DNA from: a bacterium
GTDB taxonomy: Bacteria > Bdellovibrionota_C > UBA2361 > CALJRW01
DNA: 64,000 nt
Direction of reading: 5' to 3'
Assembly (NCBI GenBank): GCA_031385045.1
Contig: JANNBC010000024.1
Location: 160,001-224,000 of the forward strand
Shown: one piece after another, positions 27,612-37,551 of the stretch
Layout: every line of letters starts with the position of its first letter
Position numbering within the stretch: the stretch's first letter is position 1
The notes under the pieces: model-generated
What the model was told of the DNA's origin: nothing
Databases searched by the model: none
What the model saw: only the letters and a program-made list of their open reading frames with translations
Position numbers and translations under genes: made by a program

Positions 27612-28367
27612 ATGCTTAAGATTCGGATCATTCCAGTATTGCTTTTTAAAAACTGGGGCATAGTTAAAAGCGTTAAGTTTACTGATTTACGAGTTGTTGG
27701 CGATCCAACTACTAATGCTCGAGTCTTTAATCAACGCAATGCTGATGAGTTAGTTTTTTTAGATATTATTGCCAGCCGGGAAAATAAAGGGCCTAATTTT
27801 GAAGTCATTAAAAATATCGCTAAAGAATGTTTTATGCCTTTAACAATTGGTGGTGGAATTAATTCCATGGAAGATGTTGATCAATTGTTCGAGATTGGAG
27901 CAGATAAGTTATCTTTTAATACTAGCCTTTTTCATAATCCCGATTTAATCAGGGCTGTTGTTGGAAAATATGGCTCACAAGCAGTAGTCGCTTCAATTGA
28001 TGTTGATAATAGTCAGAAACTCATGCAAGTAAAGACTCGCTGCGGAACTGAAGATACTGGATATACGGCACTAACCGCGGTAAGGCTAGCAGAAGATTTA
28101 GGTGTTGGTGAGATTTTATTAAATTCGATCGATCGTGATGGAACGGCCACTGGTTATGATCTAGAATTAATAACAGCTGTTACTCAGGCCAGTAATTTAC
28201 CAGTTATTGCCTGCGGGGGCTGTGGAAAGCTCGCTGATTTACTAGATGCTTCTCGTGCTGGTGCAGATGCCTTAAGTGCAGCAACTATCTTCTATTATGT
28301 CGGAGAGAGCATTATTACAATTAAGAATTACCTAGCTAAAGAAGGCTTACCTGTAAGATTAAAATAG
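27612..28367 (+). CDS. hisF: HisF-like cyclase paralog (WbuZ/HisF2-type)
   Basis: RIIPVLL, VGDP, ECFMPLTIGGGI, SIDRDGT..GYD; located in a sugar locus. Confidence 0.88.
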   Translation: MLKIRIIPVLLFKNWGIVKSVKFTDLRVVGDPTTNARVFNQRNADELVFLDIIASRENKGPNFEVIKNIAKECFMPLTIGGGINSMEDVDQLFEIGADKLSFNTSLFHNPDLIRAVVGKYGSQAVVASIDVDNSQKLMQVKTRCGTEDTGYTALTAVRLAEDLGVGEILLNSIDRDGTATGYDLELITAVTQASNLPVIACGGCGKLADLLDASRAGADALSAATIFYYVGESIITIKNYLAKEGLPVRLK

Positions 28368-29525
28368 TCACAGTGAATTAATTCCATCTGTTAAAACTTT
28401 AATTACACGCTGCTGTTGTGCTTCCGTTAGTTTGGGATGGATTGGAATAGCCAAAGTTTGTTTAGAATAGTTTTCAGCAACGGCGAGATCAGAATAAACC
28501 TGTCCTAGTGATTGATAATAAGGCTGAAGATGTACTGTTTGATAATGAGTATTCACACCAATCCCCTGTTCGATACAGTATTTATAAAGTGGATCTCTAA
28601 TCTTCTCAGGGACTCGAATTGAATACAAATGCCAAGCAGAAAGTAAATCTAATGGGGGCTTAGAAATTAATGCTTGGCTAAGGTGTTGATTGTAGTAAAT
28701 AGCGATTTCTCGACGACGATTAATAAAACTATCTAGCTTTTTTAATTGAGTAATTCCAAGGGAAGCTTGTATGTCTGTTAGGCGATAATGATAACCTAGT
28801 TCCTGTTGTTCGTAATGCCAGGCAGGAAGATTTTTATTAATTAATTCTGCTGGCTCTCTTGTGATCCCATGGGTTCGTAGTTTTAGCAGTTTCTTGGCAA
28901 TTTCAGGATTTGTTGTCAGGCAAGCACCACCCTCAGCCGTAGTGACGCTCTTAACTGCATGGAAGCTTAAGACTGTGATGTCAGAATAGTGGCAGCAGCC
29001 GACTGGCATTTGAGATTGATAAATTCCCCCTAAAGAATGAGCGGCATCTTCAATAATAAAAAATCCGTATTCTCTTGATAGTGCCTTTAGCTCAGACATG
29101 CCAGCACTGCGTCCCGAAAAATGGACGGGAACAAGTACATCTGGCAAGCGATTATCTTTTTTTGCTTGAAATAGTTTTTCTTTTAGGACTGGAATCGACA
29201 TGTTGGCAGTAAGCGGATCAACATCCACAAAATCAACATTTGCTCCTACATAAAGGCCAGCATTAGCACTGGCTACAAATGTAATTGGCGTAGTCCAAAC
29301 TAGTGAGCCAGATTTAATTCCTAGTGATAGCATTGCTAAATGAAGACCTGCTGTAGCACTAGAGACTGCTATCGCATGGGGTACTTGGCAGTATTCTTCA
29401 AGGGCGGTTTCAAACTCCCTAATTTTTGGTCCTTGAGTGAGATGACTAGAGCGTAATACTTCTACAACTCCGACTATGTCATCCTCCTCAATTAGCTGAC
29501 AACTATATGGGATAAATTCATTCAC
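28368..29525 (-). CDS. pseC: UDP-4-amino-4,6-dideoxy-N-acetyl-beta-L-altrosamine transaminase
   Basis: LTQGP, TFVASAN, IIEDAAHSLG, SFHAVK..TTAEGG, GYHYRLTD; adjacent to pseB. Confidence 0.9.
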   Translation of the reverse strand: MNEFIPYSCQLIEEDDIVGVVEVLRSSHLTQGPKIREFETALEEYCQVPHAIAVSSATAGLHLAMLSLGIKSGSLVWTTPITFVASANAGLYVGANVDFVDVDPLTANMSIPVLKEKLFQAKKDNRLPDVLVPVHFSGRSAGMSELKALSREYGFFIIEDAAHSLGGIYQSQMPVGCCHYSDITVLSFHAVKSVTTAEGGACLTTNPEIAKKLLKLRTHGITREPAELINKNLPAWHYEQQELGYHYRLTDIQASLGITQLKKLDSFINRRREIAIYYNQHLSQALISKPPLDLLSAWHLYSIRVPEKIRDPLYKYCIEQGIGVNTHYQTVHLQPYYQSLGQVYSDLAVAENYSKQTLAIPIHPKLTEAQQQRVIKVLTDGINSL

Positions 29526-29546
29526 TTCTGTTTTACTTTTTCACAA

Positions 29547-30539
29547 TTATAGCCGTTTTAGTAGCTCTCTAATTTCATCGACCGATAAAAAGACTGGGTT
29601 ATTTTCTGAGCTATATTCAAATTCTTCTACTACCGGTTGACCCTTTTCTCCAATTGCCGTTTGACGATAATCAAAATCCTCAGATAAATTAAATACTGGT
29701 TGGATTGTATAGAAATCTTTAAATTCTAAAATTCGAGAACTTAAATCTTTCGGGCAAAGGACTTCATGGAGTTTTTCACCAGGGCGAATTCCAACATTTC
29801 TAAAATCACGATTTCCAGACATAGCTTCTGCTAAATCGGTAATTTTAAAAGAAGGAATTTTAGGAGTAAAGATTTCACCTCCATGCATTCTTTTAAATGA
29901 ATTAAAGACAAATTCAACAGCCTCACTGAGAGTTACAAAGAATCTAGTCATGCGCGGATCCGTAATTGGCAATTGTGTAATGCCATTAGCTAATTGTTGC
30001 TGATAGAAAGGAATTACTGAGCCCCGAGAGCACAGTACGTTGCCATAGCGGACGATACTAAATTTAGGACCATGCTGCCCACGGATATTATTAGCTGCAG
30101 AGAATAATTTATCAGCAACAAGTTTTGTCGCGCCATACAGGTTAACTGGGGAAACTGCTTTATCGGTTGATAAGGCGATAACTTTTTTTACTTTTGCTTC
30201 AAAACAAGCCTCGATTAAATTTTCGGCCCCCATGATATTTGTTTTTATTGCTTCATCTGGGTTATATTCTAGTGCCGGGACTTGTTTTAAAGCGGCGGCA
30301 TGGATTACATAATCAATTCCATAGAGTGCGCGAGTTAATCTAGCACGATCACGAACGTCACCAAGAAAAAAGCGGAGCCTTTCGTCCGGCAATTCATTTT
30401 GCATATCAAATTGCTTTAGCTCGTCGCGAGAAAAGATAACAATTTTATTAGGATTAAAACGCTCTAGGATTGTCTTGACACAAAACTTTCCAAAGGAACC
30501 AGTTCCACCAGTAATTAAAATATTTGCATTATTAAACAT
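29547..30539 (-). CDS. pseB: UDP-N-acetylglucosamine 4,6-dehydratase (inverting)
   Basis: TGGTGSFG, SRDELKQ, HAAALKQVP, STDKA, YGATK, RYGNV..SRGSV, GIRPGEKLHE. Confidence 0.93.
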   Translation of the reverse strand: MFNNANILITGGTGSFGKFCVKTILERFNPNKIVIFSRDELKQFDMQNELPDERLRFFLGDVRDRARLTRALYGIDYVIHAAALKQVPALEYNPDEAIKTNIMGAENLIEACFEAKVKKVIALSTDKAVSPVNLYGATKLVADKLFSAANNIRGQHGPKFSIVRYGNVLCSRGSVIPFYQQQLANGITQLPITDPRMTRFFVTLSEAVEFVFNSFKRMHGGEIFTPKIPSFKITDLAEAMSGNRDFRNVGIRPGEKLHEVLCPKDLSSRILEFKDFYTIQPVFNLSEDFDYRQTAIGEKGQPVVEEFEYSSENNPVFLSVDEIRELLKRL

Positions 30540-30804
30540 AGACTTACTTTTCTTTTATCTACAAAAATTTTGATAATTATTTGCTTAAATCAAAATATAA
30601 TCCCCCCTAGGGAAATTAGTTTTTGGACTCACTATAGATATTTTCTCAGGCGATTTATTCACTGCACCGGAAACTATTGGAAAATCAAAAGTATTGATTG
30701 ATTTGGCCAATCATATATTTAAACGCTTTCAGCGACTATGACAACGTGAAAAATTTACTCCACTAGTATTAATAAGGGTTTAAGTCGCACTGTTTAGCAA
30801 AGTT

Positions 30805-31848
30805 TTAGTAAATTATTGAATATAATACTCGAGGCATTGTGCCTGAACGACCTCTGGTAATTCTTGCTTTTAAATAATACGCTCTTTGCAGACCAAACTT
30901 GATCTTAGCATAGATATCAAAAGAATTTGATTGTACGTTAAAAGTTGAACCGACAGCAAAGCCTGGGGGCAAAATACTAGCATTATTAATATCTGAAGTG
31001 CTTTCAAATGGACCATCAGACTCGATATGACTTCTGATACTTTCAACAATGGTTTCATCTATTTCTCGGGAGACAGATAGTAAAACCTGATCGCTTGCTA
31101 CATTAATATTAATTCCCCGAATGGTGCTTTCCCCACTTCCATGAGTGGTCACATACGGGGCAATCGCATTAACCCGGCGCGGAGTCATGCCCGGCACTGT
31201 CGCTAATTGACCAAAAAAACCAAATTTTTTATTAGTGATATATTTTTTATCGACCTCACTTTCACTACCAGTTGCATAGGGAGTATCAAAAGATTTAGAG
31301 TCACGATCCTGCCAATCAATTAAATTCCCAATTACTTCTCGAATTGAAAAGACCTTCCCTCCAGCTACTTTTTTATTATCTGGTTCTGATAATTTATCTT
31401 CAAATCCAAGTTCCGTAAACAAATGATCGAAAGATTCAATTAGGGGCTCAGGCTTGGAGCTATTGGGAAGCGCAATTATTGATTCTAGTTCTGAAATATT
31501 TAATTTAGAGTTAGTTGGAATTAACTCTAAGTATATTTCGGAACTCTGATCAGTAAGTCCTAAGTATTCATTGGGAACCCGAGGGTTTAAGGCAAAGACT
31601 CCCCAGCCATCAGCTTGATAGGCATCAAATTTATTTTTATCTTCCTTAATTAAGACTTGAGAAAAATTAAGTAATGATTTTAAGAGATATTCTGCTTGTA
31701 ATCCTCGTTCCACCATTCCCATTGTGCGAGTGGAGATGAATGTTGAATAAGTTAAATTAATTACTAGGATACTTGCTAGGGCAACAATAAAAATAACCAA
31801 AACAATGGCAACACCCTGATTTTTTGTATTTTTTGTGCCGATGCTCAC
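30805..31848 (-). CDS. gspK: type II secretion minor pseudopilin GspK
   Basis: prepilin-like QG|VAIVLVI, KLNI, LIDWQD.D, ININVAS..VL. Confidence 0.85.
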   Translation of the reverse strand: MSIGTKNTKNQGVAIVLVIFIVALASILVINLTYSTFISTRTMGMVERGLQAEYLLKSLLNFSQVLIKEDKNKFDAYQADGWGVFALNPRVPNEYLGLTDQSSEIYLELIPTNSKLNISELESIIALPNSSKPEPLIESFDHLFTELGFEDKLSEPDNKKVAGGKVFSIREVIGNLIDWQDRDSKSFDTPYATGSESEVDKKYITNKKFGFFGQLATVPGMTPRRVNAIAPYVTTHGSGESTIRGININVASDQVLLSVSREIDETIVESIRSHIESDGPFESTSDINNASILPPGFAVGSTFNVQSNSFDIYAKIKFGLQRAYYLKARITRGRSGTMPRVLYSIIY

Positions 31849-31898
31849 GCCAAGTTATTCCATAAAATGAGCGTTACTAACGCCTCAACTGCTATGGT

Positions 31899-32216
31899 TT
31901 AGTGTGCAATGGAACGATCAAATTGTACAGTGCTAGTATTTCCTAATAATGACTCGGCATCTTCTTTTACAAGGTCAGCAAGTTTTTCAATTAGATGTAT
32001 ATAGTTTAAAGCTTTCTCACCCTCTTCTTCTTCAGTGGCAATCTGAGCCATTTTAGCAAACTCGATTTGTTGGTTACAAACAGCCAAATAACTAGCTAGA
32101 TTAGACATGATTTTAGAGCGAGGATCGACTTGTTGAACTAGAATCTCGGCCTTAACAACAGACTCTCTTAGGATTTCTAGAGAATTTACTAGTGATTGAA
32201 TTTTATTATCTGACAT
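31899..32216 (-). CDS. hypothetical helical protein
   Basis: 105-aa ATG ORF; no motif. Confidence 0.6.
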   Translation of the reverse strand: MSDNKIQSLVNSLEILRESVVKAEILVQQVDPRSKIMSNLASYLAVCNQQIEFAKMAQIATEEEEGEKALNYIHLIEKLADLVKEDAESLLGNTSTVQFDRSIAH

Positions 32217-32554
32217 GAGATTCTCTATATTAATAATTATAAAAGTAACTTTTCGTTACCAATTTATCTTTGCGAGCAATTTCTAAAAGTTGATCATTTA
32301 ATTTATCTGTCATTACTCTCTTTACTGCTGGGAGTAATTGCTTTTTAGTAAATTTTTAAGTTAAATTAGGATGTTAGCAGTGTGAGGGACTTAAGCCTAA
32401 GCTTATAAGGCCTAGGAAAGCTTGCATTAAAACTAATCTACAGTACATATTATGGGCATTCTAGAGAAAGCGTTGCCAGATTAATTGCTTAATTTGCTAA
32501 AAAAAAATGCTTATGATACTAACACAGTGATAACATTTATTAATTCTTCGTATA

Positions 32555-32785
32555 ATGTCTAGAAAATGTAGCTTAACTGGTAAAGGTGGACAATTTGGTC
32601 ATCGTGTAAGTCATGCCAAAAATCGTACTAAACACGTATTCAAGGTGAATCTTCAAAATAAGAAAATTTTTGTACCTTCTCTTGGTAAAACTGTAAAACT
32701 TAGTCTTTCTGCTAAGGCTTTACGGATTATAGATAAGCTTGGTGCTGATGCCGCGTTCAAAAAATACGGCTTAGAAATTCAGTAG
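32555..32785 (+). CDS. rpmB: 50S ribosomal protein L28
   Basis: MSRKCSLTGK...VSHAKNRTK...NLQ. Confidence 0.95.
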   Translation: MSRKCSLTGKGGQFGHRVSHAKNRTKHVFKVNLQNKKIFVPSLGKTVKLSLSAKALRIIDKLGADAAFKKYGLEIQ

Positions 32786-32910
32786 TATATTCTACCTTTC
32801 TGGTTTAAATTTCAAAATATATTTCTTAGTGTAGAGCTGTATCTACAGATATTCTTATCATCATTTAGCTCTGATACCAGGCAGTATTAACAATCTTCTA
32901 AGCTGTTTGC

Positions 32911-33246
32911 TTAGTGGATCATCCCTTTCCTAGAAGCATTCAATCTTTCAGTATCTAAGAGTACGTCACGCAGATCTGAAAAAAGTGGTTCTCCAGTCTT
33001 CTCGTGATCTGTTGTAACTGCTGATCGTAATTCGCTTTGATCGATAATTCCTAAATGTTGATTGTTCGGGATAAAGATCTCATCACAGTTCTTGCACTGT
33101 AATACTACGACAATTCCCTCATAAGTAACTTTGGTATGCTCAGTTGCAAAAAAGCTTTCGTCTGAACCATCGCAATTGCAGCAGGGACAAGTCACTTCTT
33201 CGACGTATGTCTCTGCTAGTCCTTTAAGTCTAAAACGTAGTGCCAT
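32911..33246 (-). CDS. zinc-ribbon hypothetical protein
   Basis: CPCC and CKNC pairs; GAGG RBS. Confidence 0.65.
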   Translation of the reverse strand: MALRFRLKGLAETYVEEVTCPCCNCDGSDESFFATEHTKVTYEGIVVVLQCKNCDEIFIPNNQHLGIIDQSELRSAVTTDHEKTGEPLFSDLRDVLLDTERLNASRKGMIH

Positions 33247-33450
33247 AAAACCTCTTAAATATAGATTAAGATCTGAATGGATTTATCTTGGTACAGCGAT
33301 AAAAAACCTTTCTCCTAAAGGAATATTCGACCTAAGCTAGGTAATACTTTAGATGTTTTTTAGGGTCTGGCAGTTTAATTTCGGGTTTAAAGTCTTAATT
33401 ATTAACTTTAGAGGGGAAATTTTATGCTGAGAGCTGATATTAGCTCTAAT

Positions 33451-33882
33451 TTATTTAGTGAGTGAATCCCAAAGGTTTGCTTTAGTAGCTAGTTTTTCCT
33501 CATCTAGGATTAGTTGGAATCCTTGGTTATTACGAAGATTAATATAGATAGGCGCTTTTAGATTAACAGTAGCATCTCTTAGGCTTTCTCGGATAACTAT
33601 TAAAGTTAAGATCAAATAAGGATCTTTTTTCTGTAGATCGATTACTTCACTTAGCGATGCTTGATAGGGATATTGGAAGGCTAGTTTTTGGCCATCGACT
33701 ACGACAAATGCCAGATCGGGATCATCTAATGACTGTAACCAAGAAAATGGAGCTTGGTATTCAATAACAGTAAACTGATGACATTTTGGAAAACCAACAA
33801 TGCCTTGAGGAAAGCTCAGGACCTTCTCCTTAGATATTTTTAACTCTCCAAATCTGCTTGTTAAGATTTTTCTTTCTGTCAT
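33451..33882 (-). CDS. fliW: flagellar assembly factor FliW
   Basis: SRFG, FPQGIVGF, WLQSLDDPDLAFVV, TVNLKAPI; next to csrA. Confidence 0.92.
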   Translation of the reverse strand: MTERKILTSRFGELKISKEKVLSFPQGIVGFPKCHQFTVIEYQAPFSWLQSLDDPDLAFVVVDGQKLAFQYPYQASLSEVIDLQKKDPYLILTLIVIRESLRDATVNLKAPIYINLRNNQGFQLILDEEKLATKANLWDSLTK

Positions 33883-33885
33883 TAA

Positions 33886-34155
33886 TTAATCTTCTTTCTT
33901 TTTTGTTGGATCTAATTTTTGATAGTATTCACTAACTTGTTTGATTAGATCTTGCCCGACAGAAGCATTCGCCGAATTAGCAGCTGAGAGGTTCTCTTTT
34001 TGAATCTGTTGGTAAATTTCTTGTCGATAAACTTTAACTGTTCTGGGAGCCTCAATCCCAATTCTGACTTGACCTCCACGTTGCTCAAGTAATGTTACAA
34101 CGATCTCATCGCCGATTACCAGACTTTCTCCAATTTTGCGCGATAAAATTAACAA
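33886..34155 (-). CDS. csrA: carbon storage regulator CsrA
   Basis: [16 protein letters not shown]...VRIGIEAP...VYRQEIY; TTG start. Confidence 0.95.
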   Translation of the reverse strand: MLILSRKIGESLVIGDEIVVTLLEQRGGQVRIGIEAPRTVKVYRQEIYQQIQKENLSAANSANASVGQDLIKQVSEYYQKLDPTKKKED

Positions 34156-34326
34156 TTTGACTTAAATTTAAAAGTTTACAAATAATTGGAAATTGACGAT
34201 TTTAACTGCTAAGATTTTTCCTTAATTCAAATCAAAGCAGCTCATTCCGGACAGGGAATTGTTAATTGTCGTTCCTTTGATAGTCTATAATCCACTGTAC
34301 TTTTTAGAAATAGTAAAAATAAACAA

Positions 34327-35223
34327 ATGTATCGAGAATTTTTTGAACAACTACAATCCACAATTTGCCAACAACTAACGGAAGCTGATGGCGGAAAGAC
34401 TTTTATTACCGATAATTGGAGTCGATCTGCTAGCAGTAATATTGAGAACGGTGGTGGTATAACTCGGGTGATGGAAAAGGGGCAGATCTTTGAAAAAGCT
34501 GGAGTTAATTTTAGTGAAGTTCGGGGCAAGCTTCCCTCCTCTATGTCTAAAGTTTTAACAGGAAACATTGAGCCTCAGGAGTTTAAAGCCATGGGTGTTT
34601 CCTTAGTAATCCATCCTAGCTCCCCGATGGTTCCTACTACACACGCAAATTTAAGATATCTTGAAGTTGGTGAATTACAGTGGTTTGGTGGTGGAATGGA
34701 TTTAACGCCGTACTATTTGTTTCCCGAAGATTGTCGATATTTTCATACTACCTTGAAACAGGCTTGTGATGTTTATGATCCCAAATGTTACCAAAAGTAT
34801 AAAGCAAATTGTGATTCCTATTTTTATTTACCACATCGTGAGGAAACTCGTGGTATTGGTGGACTGTTTTTTGACTACTTAGGTAAAGGGGAATCAGATA
34901 TTCAGCAAAAATATTTTCCATTACTTACAGGATTGGCCCCGGCCCTGATGTCAGCTTATTTGCCAATTGTAGAAAAACGAAAAAACTTACCATTCACTCC
35001 AGAGCAGAAAAAATTTCAGTTGATTAGACGAGGTCGTTACGCCGAGTTTAATTTGGCCTTTGATCGTGGAACAAAGTTTGGATTAGAGACTGGCGGGCGG
35101 ACCGAATCAATCCTTATGTCACTACCCCCAGAAGTTATCTGGCAATATGACTATAATCCTTTGCCTGGTAGCCCAGAAGAAGAATTAATTAAGACTTTAA
35201 AGTCTCCTAGGGATTGGATCTAA
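34327..35223 (+). CDS. hemF: oxygen-dependent coproporphyrinogen III oxidase
   Basis: FEKAGVNFS, GVSLVIHP..P..PT.HAN.R, WFGGG.DLTP, RRGRYAEFNL, GRTESILMSLP. Confidence 0.96.
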   Translation: MYREFFEQLQSTICQQLTEADGGKTFITDNWSRSASSNIENGGGITRVMEKGQIFEKAGVNFSEVRGKLPSSMSKVLTGNIEPQEFKAMGVSLVIHPSSPMVPTTHANLRYLEVGELQWFGGGMDLTPYYLFPEDCRYFHTTLKQACDVYDPKCYQKYKANCDSYFYLPHREETRGIGGLFFDYLGKGESDIQQKYFPLLTGLAPALMSAYLPIVEKRKNLPFTPEQKKFQLIRRGRYAEFNLAFDRGTKFGLETGGRTESILMSLPPEVIWQYDYNPLPGSPEEELIKTLKSPRDWI

Positions 35224-35294
35224 TCTCTGAACTAGGCTTAAAGGCGATAATTTTATATTTACAAAGCCTATTTAACTCTTTATCATCAAACAGT

Positions 35295-35909
35295 ATGAAT
35301 GATGTTAGTCCAAGGAAGCCGTCTTTTATTGATTTCAGTCCTCGCCAAAGAATTATGGCGGCAGCCCTGAAGCTTTTTGTAGAACAAGGCTATTTCAATA
35401 CCAATGTCCCAGATTTAAGTCGTGAGTCCAAGTGTAGTGTTGGCTCCATTTATCATAGTTTTAAAAATAAAGAAGAAGTTGCCAGAGCACTTTACGAAGA
35501 GGCTTTAAGTGCCTTTCGGGGGGCATTGGCAAATTCTATTCATGATATTGATGATACCGAAGAGATTATTAAGACCTTGGTCAAATCCCTACTATCGTTT
35601 TCTCAGATCAATGTTCAACTTTCTAAGTATATTTGGTTATGTCGTCATGATGAGTTCATGACAGGAATGATTAAACATCCAACTCGAGTTGGTCATGACC
35701 AGTTGGGTCGAAAGGTTGCCAAGTCAATTAAGATTGCTATGCGCAAAAAAGAAATTCGTGTTCTAAAGGCTAATATTATCTGGTCAATAGTTTTTGGTAT
35801 CCCACTTAGTTATGTTAGGGATTGGCTAGACGGTTACAATACCGAAACACCTAATCAAGTGGCAGATCAGCTTGCTGAGGTTTGTTGGCAGGCACTTAAA
35901 GCTAAATAA
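35295..35909 (+). CDS. TetR/AcrR family transcriptional regulator
   Basis: RQRIMAAALKLFVEQGY...SVGSIYHSFKNKEEV HTH; ATG 35295 preferred over the track start 35214. Confidence 0.9.
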   Translation: MNDVSPRKPSFIDFSPRQRIMAAALKLFVEQGYFNTNVPDLSRESKCSVGSIYHSFKNKEEVARALYEEALSAFRGALANSIHDIDDTEEIIKTLVKSLLSFSQINVQLSKYIWLCRHDEFMTGMIKHPTRVGHDQLGRKVAKSIKIAMRKKEIRVLKANIIWSIVFGIPLSYVRDWLDGYNTETPNQVADQLAEVCWQALKAK

Positions 35910-35930
35910 TTTTGGTGTTATTGAAAAAGC

Positions 35931-36362
35931 TTATTGTCTTTCAGCTAATGCTTTCTTTAAATTTTCCCAAGCTAATAAGGCGCATCTTTGTCGTCCGGGA
36001 ATCTTTGCAACCCCGGCTAAAATCTTAGCATCACCTAAGAGCATCCATTCATCTTCTGATAAGTCTTTACCAAAAATCATTCTTTCAAAAAGCTCAATTA
36101 GCTTTTCACTTTTTGCTAGCTCGCAATTTTTGTTTAAACTACAGAGGATTGCTGAGGATGCTTTGCTGATAGCACAGCCTTGGCCTTGAAATTTGATAGT
36201 ATCAATTTTGTGATTAACAATCGTTCCGCAGATACTAATTCGATCTCCGCAGAGTGGGTTAAGTAGTTCTTGATGGAAATCAGGAGCATTGATTATACCT
36301 TGATACACCGGATCATTGGCATATTCGATCAGTAACTCGGAATAAAAATCATTAATTTCCAT
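35931..36362 (-). CDS. sufU: SufU/IscU-family Fe-S assembly protein
   Basis: NPLCGD, GCAISKAS, RQRCALL. Confidence 0.85.
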   Translation of the reverse strand: MEINDFYSELLIEYANDPVYQGIINAPDFHQELLNPLCGDRISICGTIVNHKIDTIKFQGQGCAISKASSAILCSLNKNCELAKSEKLIELFERMIFGKDLSEDEWMLLGDAKILAGVAKIPGRQRCALLAWENLKKALAERQ

Positions 36363-36418
36363 AACATTTAATCATAGCTAACTTAGGCTATTAAGTAAAA
36401 GCTTCCAAGATTAAAGAA

Positions 36419-37405
36419 TTAAACTAAGGTGCCAGAGGTTAGAGAAGATATAAATTGATCAAGCTCTTTGGAGGAATAAGTAATATCTGAGCGTTTAAAA
36501 TTGATATCTTGTGCTTTACTTGCAAGTAACAAAGCCGAAATCTTATCACCAAATTGATAATAAATTTTAGCCAGTAATTTTAGCTCTCGGGAGCTCATCC
36601 AAGATGAGTTTTGTGCAGCTTGCGTCGCTAGTTGTAGGGCATAGCGCAAATTTTCTTCTTGTTCATCGGACTTTTCTAGGTAGGCAGCAGCTAACAGGGA
36701 AAGTGTTCGAGGATGATCTGGGATAATTTTTAGGGCCTGATGGAGATACTCTCTGGCTGAATTACAATCACCTTCTTTAATCAAAATTTTTGCCATTAAG
36801 TGCTTAGCTGAAATTGGAGCATCCACTCGCTTGGCAATGTCTTCCAGATCTTCATGGTGTCGATAATGACCAGTAAGATATTCTAAAATCAGTTGGCAAG
36901 TTTGATGAGCACTTTTAAATTCCTCAGGAACATCTTGTAGTCCCTTAATTAAAAGTTCACATTCTTCAATCACAAACTTTGGTGGTTCGGCGTCTAACAT
37001 GGAAGAAACATAAATGTGCATTAATTGGAAATCAGTACCAAATGTTTGCACTGCAGTTCTTAATAGCCACATTGCTTCTTGATCATTCCCAATCCATCCA
37101 TACATATAGGCTAGACGCAGATATGCTTGCTTGGAATTGGGCAGTGATTTCAAAACTGAACTTAAAGTGTTAATTGCTGGAGTGAATTCACCAAGCTTAA
37201 AATAGCAATAAGCTAAGTCCATCATGGCGCAGTGTCTCGCCTGATGTTTTGGATATTGTTTTAAACCTTGTTCGTATAGATTTGCTGCTAGTTGATACTT
37301 GCTTTCGCTATAGGCTTCTGCGGCTTTAATCCAAAGTACACAAGGAATTCCACCCCAAGTATTTGACCATTGAAAAGATTTTTTAAGAAAATTAAGGAGT
37401 TTCAT
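36419..37405 (-). CDS. tetratricopeptide repeat protein
   Basis: multiple TPR-like units (LAYCYFKLGEF..A, AREYLHQALKIIPDH). Confidence 0.8.
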   Translation of the reverse strand: MKLLNFLKKSFQWSNTWGGIPCVLWIKAAEAYSESKYQLAANLYEQGLKQYPKHQARHCAMMDLAYCYFKLGEFTPAINTLSSVLKSLPNSKQAYLRLAYMYGWIGNDQEAMWLLRTAVQTFGTDFQLMHIYVSSMLDAEPPKFVIEECELLIKGLQDVPEEFKSAHQTCQLILEYLTGHYRHHEDLEDIAKRVDAPISAKHLMAKILIKEGDCNSAREYLHQALKIIPDHPRTLSLLAAAYLEKSDEQEENLRYALQLATQAAQNSSWMSSRELKLLAKIYYQFGDKISALLLASKAQDINFKRSDITYSSKELDQFISSLTSGTLV

Positions 37406-37551
37406 TGAGTACAGCTCTATCAGTATAAAGTTCAGCCCCTAAAGGCTTTTTTATTCACTATAGAATCTATATCACGTTAAAAACGGTTTCTGCTTCTAGG
37501 TTAAGTCAAAAATTGTCCAGTGGACTTTTAGTAAATTAGGCTAGATTAGCC

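Noticed and set aside
26998..28367. Histidine biosynthesis operon
   Set aside because: No other his genes are present; the context beside an N-acetyl sugar amidotransferase and pseBC indicates sugar-modification paralogs.
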